Positions 56,540 to 64,000 of a stretch of DNA of 64,000 bases are shown in pieces. The notes below the pieces were generated by a model. That model was not told the DNA's origin and did no database searches. It saw only the letters and a program-made list of their open reading frames with translations. Numbering within the stretch: position 1 is the first letter of the stretch; the number at the start of each line of letters is the position of its first letter. The stretch comes from a virus (taxonomy: Duplodnaviria > Heunggongvirae > Uroviricota > Caudoviricetes): positions 1 through 64,000 of IMG/VR virus record IMGVR_UViG_3300005531_000248; one strand, given 5' to 3'. A program made the position numbers and the translations under genes.

Positions 56540-56866
56540 ATGATTTATAAAAGGAGCTCGAATACCTTGCGCACACTCTGGATCGCGGTTTTCGTTTTCT
56601 TGATTATGGTTCCGGCATCGGCCGCGGAGCCTGACAAACAGGCCCCTCCGAAGCCGTCTTTTGAGCTGCGTTCCGCTTTCTGGCGCGCGCGATCGGAGTT
56701 TTTTGCCGCCCAGGATGCCCTCGACAAGGCCAGCGCCGCTCTCAACGCCGCAGTCCAAAAGCTCAGTGCTGCCTGCGCGGACACGGAGACGCTGGCGTTC
56801 GATAATGCGGGTGAACCGTCCTGCTCGCCCAAAACTCCGCAACCAGCCCCCGAAACCAAGAAGTAG
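56540..56866 (+). CDS. small secreted protein
   Basis: signal peptide; TAG stop followed in frame by RE-1. Confidence 0.45.
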   Translation: MIYKRSSNTLRTLWIAVFVFLIMVPASAAEPDKQAPPKPSFELRSAFWRARSEFFAAQDALDKASAALNAAVQKLSAACADTETLAFDNAGEPSCSPKTPQPAPETKK

Positions 56867-56875
56867 CCAGCGCCT

Positions 56876-56938
56876 CAGAGCGCGAACGGGCAACTGTCTC
56901 AACCCGTCGAGAGCGGCGAGAAGAGCGTTGCCATAAAA
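56876..56938 (+). repeat. RE-1 dispersed element (forward, subfamily A)
   Basis: cagagcgcgaacgggcaactgtctcaacccgtcgagagcggcgagaagagcgttgccataaaa. Confidence 0.8.
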
Positions 56939-57063
56939 TCAGCTTCACCACAAAACATCTCTTAGTCTCAACAACATCTTCAAAGCCAGACTCCTGCTCA
57001 TAACCTTCTTCTTCTAACTGAAAAAGAAGTTCTTCCTGAGCGGGTGTCCCGGAGTGTGTCTAC

Positions 57064-59574
57064 ATGCGCAATTTCATGCGCTCTATTCTGTTTGTATTTC
57101 TGTTTGCCGTTGCCGCCCGGGCCCAGGGACCAGCTCCGCCTTTGGGAGCCAGAGTCACTACCGGCTCAGGCGCACCGACGAATCCCTGCCCTGGACAACG
57201 ATCGCTCTATATCAACACGACCAGCACACCCAATGCGCTCTATGCGTGTCCATCGGGGGGCGGAAATTGGTTCAACGTGGGCGTGACCTCGGGCGGTTCC
57301 GTAACGAGCGTAGGACTGGCCCTTACATCAATTCCTTGGCTTACCGTAAGCGGATCTCCAGTCACGACGGCCGGCAACATCGGCGTGGCGCCGACTTCTG
57401 CCCAAACCTCGCACCAGGTCATCGGAACGTGCGGCACTGCAACCACGTTTGGGGCCTGCGCCCTGGTAGCGGGAGATTTGCCGCTTATCCCTGTCAGCAC
57501 CGGGATCTCGGGATTAGGGACGGGGGTCGCTACGGCACTGGGGGTAAACGTCGGTACGGCAGGCGCGTTCGTTGTCAACGGCGGAGCGCTCGGAACACCG
57601 TCAAGCGGAATTGGAACCAACTTAACTGGAATACCGATAAACAGCGGCATTTCGGGGTTAGGCACGGGCGTGGCCACGTTCTTGGCAACGCCGTCAAGCG
57701 CGAATCTCTACTCAGCGATGACCACCAAAACCGGGTCGGGTGGCTCGCTGGTGTTTGCAACGGGGCCGACGCTGTCGAGTCCGCAAGTAACCACCATTTT
57801 GGATGGCAATGGAAATCCGTTCTTAGTGTCGAGCGCCACTGCGTCGGCGGTCGATAGCGTGACGGTGACCAACGCGGCCACGGCAAACCCCGCGACGGTT
57901 ACGATCTCCGCGACGGGGCCGGACGCGAATATCAATCTCAACCTGGTCAGCAAAGGTACGGGGACTGTTCAGTGTAATGGATCGACTTGCGGTGGGGGCG
58001 GCGGGGGTGGATATACCACGGTTCAAAACAACGGAACATCTCTGACGCCGCGCTCAACACTCAACGTCATTCCTGGCACTGGCGCAACGACTTCGTGCGT
58101 CGACAATTCCGGCGCATCCAGAACCGATTGCACATTCGGACCGAATTTCGCTTATACAGTAGCGGGTGGGGACTTTCAAGACGGCAAGTGGGATTTCGTA
58201 AATTCGACCAACGGGACCACGGCTTATACTGGCTCCCCGGCTGCAGGCTGTGCGAATGCCGTGCTCACGAACGGGATGCACGTTTACCTGTCTGTTGATA
58301 CGGCTTCTACTACGACTGCGAGCTTCGACTATTGCTCTCTCGGAACACCGCTGTCGATTGTAAAACGCGATGGATCTACGGCCATCGGCGCTTTGATGCA
58401 GCCGCATCAGCCGAGCTTAATAGCGCTCTATTGCTCCGGGTCTTGTCCCTCGACCGGCGTGTGGATTGCGATCAGCCCAGAGAACCAAATCACAGCAGCG
58501 CAATTGCCGTCAACGGTTGTCTATAACAATCAGGCCAATACCTACTCGACAGGGCTACAGGACTTCAGTAACAATGCCGTGGACGTGCGGCTGCCGAACC
58601 ATACAGCAGATCCAGGTACGTGCGCAGTAGGCCAAATCGAGTTTAACAGCACAGGCGCAGCCTTCAAGGGCTGCAACGCAACGAACACGTGGACTACGTT
58701 CGGAGGCGGCGGCACAATAGGCGGCTCAGGCACCACTAATACGTTCCCGATATTCACGGCCAGCACGACGCTCGGCAATTCCAATCTGACCCAAAACGGA
58801 TCGGACGGCTCATTACTTGGCGGAAAAACTGTCAATTGGGCCGCACCTTCCACACCGACGTTCAATTCAGGCGGCACGACAACCTGCGACTTTAGCGTTA
58901 GCAACGTGTGTCAGGTGACCTTCACCGGCACGAGCACGGCGACGACCCTGGCGGCAACGAATCCGCACGGCTCTGGCCCATACCGGCTTATCACGGTACA
59001 AGGCGCTACCAGCGCAGGCACGTACACGGCTTTTCCGGCGACGTTCAAAGGTGCTTCGCAGCCTGACGTCGGTGCGAACAACGTCACGATTCAAGACTTC
59101 ACCTTCGACGGCACGAACTACCAAGGTTCTGCCGCCGTATGCACGACCTGCACTTGGCACGGCATCACAGGGCCAGAAGGCAGTTCGTCACCAACAGGCG
59201 CGAGCGGTCAGTGGTTCTGTTATGAATTGGCGTCCGACCACCTTCTGCACTGTAATTTTAATAACGGTGGTGCGGTGACGATCACGCAGACGATTTGCAG
59301 CGGCACGGTTTCGCTCGGCACCAGCGCTATCGCATCAGGTGCCAAGGCGTCCACGGTGACCGCAACCTGCACTGGGATGGCGACCACGGACGACATTATT
59401 TCTGACTTCAACGCCGATCCGACCGGCGTCACCGGCTATGCTCCCAGCGCAAACGGGATGCTCACGATCATTAAATTCCCGACCGCCAATACGGTGAACT
59501 TCATCGTCGCTAACAACACGGCGAGCAGTATTACCCCCGGCGCGATCACGTTGAATTACCGGGTAGTGAGGTAG
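57064..59574 (+). CDS. large secreted Thr/Gly/Ser-rich fibre/adhesin-like protein
   Basis: signal peptide MRNFMRSILFVFLFAVAARAQG; 836 aa; internal repeats (GISGLGTGVAT x2). Confidence 0.6.
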   Translation: MRNFMRSILFVFLFAVAARAQGPAPPLGARVTTGSGAPTNPCPGQRSLYINTTSTPNALYACPSGGGNWFNVGVTSGGSVTSVGLALTSIPWLTVSGSPVTTAGNIGVAPTSAQTSHQVIGTCGTATTFGACALVAGDLPLIPVSTGISGLGTGVATALGVNVGTAGAFVVNGGALGTPSSGIGTNLTGIPINSGISGLGTGVATFLATPSSANLYSAMTTKTGSGGSLVFATGPTLSSPQVTTILDGNGNPFLVSSATASAVDSVTVTNAATANPATVTISATGPDANINLNLVSKGTGTVQCNGSTCGGGGGGGYTTVQNNGTSLTPRSTLNVIPGTGATTSCVDNSGASRTDCTFGPNFAYTVAGGDFQDGKWDFVNSTNGTTAYTGSPAAGCANAVLTNGMHVYLSVDTASTTTASFDYCSLGTPLSIVKRDGSTAIGALMQPHQPSLIALYCSGSCPSTGVWIAISPENQITAAQLPSTVVYNNQANTYSTGLQDFSNNAVDVRLPNHTADPGTCAVGQIEFNSTGAAFKGCNATNTWTTFGGGGTIGGSGTTNTFPIFTASTTLGNSNLTQNGSDGSLLGGKTVNWAAPSTPTFNSGGTTTCDFSVSNVCQVTFTGTSTATTLAATNPHGSGPYRLITVQGATSAGTYTAFPATFKGASQPDVGANNVTIQDFTFDGTNYQGSAAVCTTCTWHGITGPEGSSSPTGASGQWFCYELASDHLLHCNFNNGGAVTITQTICSGTVSLGTSAIASGAKASTVTATCTGMATTDDIISDFNADPTGVTGYAPSANGMLTIIKFPTANTVNFIVANNTASSITPGAITLNYRVVR

Positions 59575-60317
59575 TGGCCATGCGGCGACTGATTCTGCTT
59601 GCGCTCTTGGCGCTGCCGATGTGCGCTACGACGTTTCCGTACTACCACTGCGATGCGGGGTCGGCTAATTCCGTGACATCTACGGCAGTGGACACGACGG
59701 GCGCAACGTACTGGGTGGTAGCAGTTACTTATTACGCGGGCGTGGCCAGCCCTCCCCCTATTGTTGACAACAAAAACACCAACCACGGTCAGTCGGCGAA
59801 TACAGCCGGGTCCAACGTGGGCGTGACCTTTACTTACTGGTCTACACTCAACGGCGACACGGTGGGGACCGGACACCAATGGTCCGCTTCCGAGACCGGG
59901 GCCTTCATGTCGATTTGTGTGGCGGTATATGCGATAGCCAACACGCAAACGTCCAACGACGCCACCGGTCGCAACAATACTACCGCTGGAACCACGCTGA
60001 GCACCAACATCACGACAGCGACGAATCATGACCATCTCACTGGATTTTGCGCGATGGGCGCTGTCGGTACAGGTGGGGTTTACTCCATCAGTGGCGCCTC
60101 GTTTGCGAAGCAGGCAGAAGTTCAATACGTGAATGGGACTAACATCGGCGCGGTTGTCGGCACGATGGACGATCCAACAAGTGGCACGGTCGATTCGATG
60201 GGGTGTGGGACCTTTGCGTCGAATAACAGCATCGCCAGCTACATAACGAGTATGCCGTACACCCCGGCCACCAACGTAGTCGCGAATCCCTCGGTGTTTG
60301 GTATCGCCGTCCAATGA
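59574..60317 (+). CDS. secreted Thr/Gly-rich protein
   Basis: signal peptide MAMRRLILLALLALPMCATT; ATGA-type overlaps both sides. Confidence 0.5.
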   Translation: MAMRRLILLALLALPMCATTFPYYHCDAGSANSVTSTAVDTTGATYWVVAVTYYAGVASPPPIVDNKNTNHGQSANTAGSNVGVTFTYWSTLNGDTVGTGHQWSASETGAFMSICVAVYAIANTQTSNDATGRNNTTAGTTLSTNITTATNHDHLTGFCAMGAVGTGGVYSISGASFAKQAEVQYVNGTNIGAVVGTMDDPTSGTVDSMGCGTFASNNSIASYITSMPYTPATNVVANPSVFGIAVQ

Positions 60318-62257
60318 AATGGCTCATCGCAATATTATTCACGCCCGCGCTGTTCGGCCAATGGTCAAGCGGGCCAGTTCATAGCTGCTCTCAATCCACC
60401 GGAGCTGGGGGAGTGACTACACGCGCCTGTACCATCTCGGTCACAGCGGGGCACATGATAACCGTTGAAGTCGTGGGTGCGAACGGCGTCAGCCAAACGC
60501 TGACCGACTCCAATAGCGTCAGCTACGCAGCGGCGACGACGGCCTTAAAGGTCGGCGCATTTCCGATCAGCAATACATCGCCCAGCGCCAGCTATACCAT
60601 GTGGCATCTGTGCAACTACCCATCAACTGCCAACACGACATTCACGGCCACGTTTGGGTCCTCCAGTACCTATTCCGGCATCTACGTACAGGAGTGGAGC
60701 GGCAATGCGACGACCACGTGCGAGGACACCGGCTTTCATAATTTCGGAACGGCTGCCGCTGCGAGTGACGTATACGTCGGCCCGATTCTCGCCACGTACC
60801 CGAACGAGCTTTTGATCGCGTGGGGCAATGAAGGCGCAATTCCTGGTCTGACGGCGGCGTCTGGCTGGACACAAATCGTTCAGGACACTAACAACGGCGC
60901 AGGAGTGAGCTATCAATTGGCGAGTTCGACCGGCACGTACTGGCCGCAGATACACGCGACGGGAGCGGTTGCCTGGGATGGGTTTGTGATTGGATTCAAA
61001 CTGCCGGGATCAGTCGCAGCGAACTACCCAACGCTCAACTCCGTGAGTGCGTTCACGCGCTACAACGATCAGTACAACGGGTCGAACGGCCTACCGAATA
61101 ACGGGCGCTTTTCACACGGCGATACGCCGCATCTCACCACGGACAACAACGGCGTGACCTACACGACCGCAAACGATGGAACCGGGTTTCAACCGGGCGG
61201 GTGCGGCAGTCAGTCCATCGTCCTCGCTAAATATTTGAGCGCCGGGTATTTGAATGGTTCGGATGTCAACTGCATGACCGAGTACGGCTCAGCAGGCAGC
61301 ACAAATGTGCCTTCGTCTTGGACCGACAACTTGGGCTGGAAATCTGCCGGTCAGAATTACGTGGTGGACGCCAATCATACCGGATCACATTATTGGTGGG
61401 TCAATCGGCAACTAGATTCACCATCGGGCGGCACACCTTGGCTAGGCACAACGGCGTTCCTAATGCGCTCGCTCGATCATGGCGTCAGTTGGTGCAAACC
61501 GGCGCACTCGACCGGCATTGAAACCTGTTCCATCACACCGGACGTAAACGGCGACGTGCCGGTAGCGAGCGACACGCCGACTTTTAGTGGGACCAAGTTC
61601 ATAAGAAACTTTTTTGTGCAGTTTGAACAGCCCTCAACCGGAGCGACGAACGTGGATGGAAATTCCACGTATCTGTACATCGTTTCAGCCGACTACTTGG
61701 AAACGAGCTACTATCTGGCCCGCTGCGCTCGCAATGTGGATTGCACGCAGTCTGGGCAGTGGCAAGCGTATGTCGGTGCAGTGGGCGGCGATCCGCTCAA
61801 CAATTCCAATTGGAGTTCCACCCTGACCGCGCCGACCTTGTTTCTGTTCAATCCGCAGAGCGTGGCCGTGGACGTTCCCGGCGCAAGCGGGCCAAAGTAT
61901 GTGGCGGGCCTGGGCTACATCTGGCTTCAAACTGGAATGTATCAGCCTTATGATCTCACTGTGTTTTGGGCCGCCAAATTGACGGATCGACCGGTTTTGC
62001 TGAATACAGGCGGCGTGGCCGGGGGGTCGATGCTGCCGAATTATCCCGAGTTCGACCTGTCCAGCGCAACGTGGGCGTCGGGTGCGGTGACACTGACAGT
62101 TTTGCAGAGCGGCGACTACATCAATTCAACAGGCAACCCGGCAACAGACCCGTACAGTAGTTACTACCGCACGATCAATCTAACGCCAGCCGTAGCCGCG
62201 CCTGGCGCGTCGGCGCTCAGCGGTATCTCCTTATCAGGCGGTGTCAGAGTTCAATGA
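60314..62257 (+). CDS. secreted Thr/Gly/Ser-rich protein
   Basis: signal peptide MKWLIAILFTPALFG; 647 aa. Confidence 0.55.
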   Translation: MKWLIAILFTPALFGQWSSGPVHSCSQSTGAGGVTTRACTISVTAGHMITVEVVGANGVSQTLTDSNSVSYAAATTALKVGAFPISNTSPSASYTMWHLCNYPSTANTTFTATFGSSSTYSGIYVQEWSGNATTTCEDTGFHNFGTAAAASDVYVGPILATYPNELLIAWGNEGAIPGLTAASGWTQIVQDTNNGAGVSYQLASSTGTYWPQIHATGAVAWDGFVIGFKLPGSVAANYPTLNSVSAFTRYNDQYNGSNGLPNNGRFSHGDTPHLTTDNNGVTYTTANDGTGFQPGGCGSQSIVLAKYLSAGYLNGSDVNCMTEYGSAGSTNVPSSWTDNLGWKSAGQNYVVDANHTGSHYWWVNRQLDSPSGGTPWLGTTAFLMRSLDHGVSWCKPAHSTGIETCSITPDVNGDVPVASDTPTFSGTKFIRNFFVQFEQPSTGATNVDGNSTYLYIVSADYLETSYYLARCARNVDCTQSGQWQAYVGAVGGDPLNNSNWSSTLTAPTLFLFNPQSVAVDVPGASGPKYVAGLGYIWLQTGMYQPYDLTVFWAAKLTDRPVLLNTGGVAGGSMLPNYPEFDLSSATWASGAVTLTVLQSGDYINSTGNPATDPYSSYYRTINLTPAVAAPGASALSGISLSGGVRVQ

Positions 62258-64000
62258 TAACCAGACTTTCAGCAATTCTCATCCTCTTAGGGGCGGCCGC
62301 TTCGGCGCAGAGCATCACAATGACGGCTCCCACCGCGAGCCAGTCGCTCACCGGCACTTCGTTTACGTTTCTATCGTCGGCTGTCAGTCTGCCTGCGAGT
62401 GCGGCGGTCGAATACGACGTGGACGGCGAGCTGGCATGCATCAGCCGTGCGGGCGGGATATGGCCGTGTGTCTGGAACCCGTACTATGCATCGAACGGCA
62501 CGCACAGCATCGTTGCCATTGCACGCGGTGTAGCGAACAACGTCCTTGCCACCAGTCCGGCGGTAGCGTTTAGCGTTGCCGAGCCGCTGCCTCAGCAGAC
62601 CAGCCCTGCCACCACCACTACGGCGGTGAATGGTCCGGCGCCCACCATGACGGTAGGGTTCAATATCAACTGGGGCGCGAATGTCTTCAGCCTGAAAACC
62701 TCAGGAACGTCGATGGTGTCTCAAGCCGTCGCGGTCAAAAGCGCGGCCAGCCCCGGTGCGTCAATGGCGACGAATACGTTCTCGTCGGCCTCGACCGATA
62801 CGCTGGTGGTTTACGCCGTCATGGGCACTGCCACGAGTATCACGGTCACGAACGTGGGCGGGGCGACGTGGAGTTGCGGGACATTTCGTGCTGGCTCGGG
62901 CGGTAACTATTATCCGTCCCAATGGTGCGTAGGCACTGGCAACGGCGGCAGCGGATCAGACGCGATCACGGTGCATTATTCGCCCAACGAAACTAGCAAC
63001 GCACAGATTTTTAGCTTCAAAGCGACAAATATTGCTGCATCGCCGATTGACGGAGACGCGCTGACGACAGGCGGGAGTGGCAAGATACAAGCCGCTCCAA
63101 TCCCTGTGGCACAGACCGGGGAAGCGATCTTTCTAGGAGCCAGCTGGAACCACGCGCTCGATCCAGTAACGGCAGGCGTCGGCTATACCGTCCTTACCGA
63201 TTCTGTCATCGGCATATCAGGGGCGGAGTACGCCGTAATGCCGAGCAATGGAAATTGGCTCGGTCAATGGGGAATCACCGCGACGGTGTCGCCTAACACC
63301 GGCACTCCCAGTAAAACCGCGACCCTATTTGTCGATGGTCAATCTGCCGTTACTTCCTTGGCGTTCACCAGTGCTTCAACCTCGGTCTTTCTCCCGACAC
63401 AGAACTTTCAAAACATCGCCCATCAAGTCTTGCTGCGCGTGGACGGCCCAAATTGCAGCGGTTGCTTGAACGCTGTCTGGAGCGACATGGGAGCGTGGGA
63501 ACAAACGATCACGTTTGCCAATCCGGTTGTCGCCTCCGATCTGCGTATCGCGCCGCGAGAGGCGTTCTTGTGCGTCACGAATACCGCAACGTGTCACTAT
63601 CCCACTTCCGTGACCTTGACCGGGAACGTGACCAACACCGATAGTTCGACCACCAGCGCCACGCTTACCTGCGGGGCGCCAAGCACTTCGTCGGTCACCC
63701 AGTCTAGTTGTACGTTCACGGCGGCTTCAGTGGGATTCGCCGCAGTCACCACAACCGACTCCGTGAGCGGTTTGACGCGGCCCATGTACATCCTCGTTCT
63801 GCCACAGGACGGGCTGCCGCACGTATCGAAAACCGGCACAATTCTGACGGCCTTCAACCCAAGCACATCGACAACCCACATCAGCCAGTTCTACTCCGAT
63901 TACATGGCTAATTCGGATTCAACCTGGACGATCTACAAGCCTTCACAGTTCGGGAAAGATTTCATAGCCTCCGGCTTCACCGCGATGGAGCACAGCATAA
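62254..64000 (+). CDS. secreted Thr/Ser-rich protein, 3'-partial (runs off window)
   Basis: by-eye translation from ATG 62254 (ATGA overlap) open to window end; signal peptide MITRLSAILILLGAAASAQS. Confidence 0.5.
   Translation, partial: MITRLSAILILLGAAASAQSITMTAPTASQSLTGTSFTFLSSAVSLPASAAVEYDVDGELACISRAGGIWPCVWNPYYASNGTHSIVAIARGVANNVLATSPAVAFSVAEPLPQQTSPATTTTAVNGPAPTMTVGFNINWGANVFSLKTSGTSMVSQAVAVKSAASPGASMATNTFSSASTDTLVVYAVMGTATSITVTNVGGATWSCGTFRAGSGGNYYPSQWCVGTGNGGSGSDAITVHYSPNETSNAQIFSFKATNIAASPIDGDALTTGGSGKIQAAPIPVAQTGEAIFLGASWNHALDPVTAGVGYTVLTDSVIGISGAEYAVMPSNGNWLGQWGITATVSPNTGTPSKTATLFVDGQSAVTSLAFTSASTSVFLPTQNFQNIAHQVLLRVDGPNCSGCLNAVWSDMGAWEQTITFANPVVASDLRIAPREAFLCVTNTATCHYPTSVTLTGNVTNTDSSTTSATLTCGAPSTSSVTQSSCTFTAASVGFAAVTTTDSVSGLTRPMYILVLPQDGLPHVSKTGTILTAFNPSTSTTHISQFYSDYMANSDSTWTIYKPSQFGKDFIASGFTAMEHSI

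Noticed and set aside
55700-58020. a diversity-generating retroelement targeting the fibre-like genes
   Set aside because: There is no reverse transcriptase gene and no template/variable repeat pair in the window. The Gly-codon tracts are imperfect.

Overview
The window looks like one contiguous tailed-phage or prophage genome segment in a high-GC background (about 60% GC, with a few low-GC islets). Nearly all genes are on the + strand. From left to right it holds an early/DNA-metabolism region, a regulatory region, a packaging and head-morphogenesis module, virion-associated proteins, a moron region, and an array of large secreted proteins running off the window end. I found no tyrosine integrase, tRNA, rRNA or CRISPR array. 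The features worth a second look are listed in the findings.

Gene content by region:
- Early region: a cytosine-5 DNA methyltransferase homolog whose catalytic Cys is replaced by Ser, a DnaA-C-terminal-like HTH protein, a HerA/FtsK-type ATPase, an HNH endonuclease, a compact B12-binding-domain radical SAM protein, and an SNF2-helicase/DNA-methyltransferase fusion.
- Regulatory region: a minus-strand XRE repressor divergent from a sigma-70-family factor, two further sigma-like proteins, a small serine recombinase and a Fis-type HTH protein.
- Packaging and head module, P22-like: terminase small and large subunits, a P22 gp1-like portal, a scaffold candidate, a P22 gp5-like coat protein, a phage-encoded GroES homolog and a P22 gp10-like protein.
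- Virion proteins: a beta-helix tailspike-like protein, two adjacent GNAT acetyltransferases, and three low-complexity internal-virion-like proteins.
- Moron region: small leaderless and minus-strand genes.
- Window end: at least six large secreted Thr/Gly/Ser-rich proteins, the last one partial.

Main things I noticed beyond the gene calls:
- A roughly 65-bp dispersed element (RE-1) occurs at least 15 times in both orientations at gene boundaries. Every forward copy lies in the same reading frame as the upstream gene, reading QSANEQLAQPVE..., and in two cases it is separated from that gene only by an amber TAG stop.
- The coat gene is split by about 400 nt carrying P7-like R/S boxes (AACGACUA ... 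AUAGUCUGGUCC), which suggests a group I intron.
- A hairpin with a conserved loop (ACUGGAGUA) and covarying stems sits about 40 nt upstream of several early genes.
- A second hairpin family lies 3' of structural genes.
- Twin 22-bp perfect palindromes sit in an iteron-rich non-coding hub.
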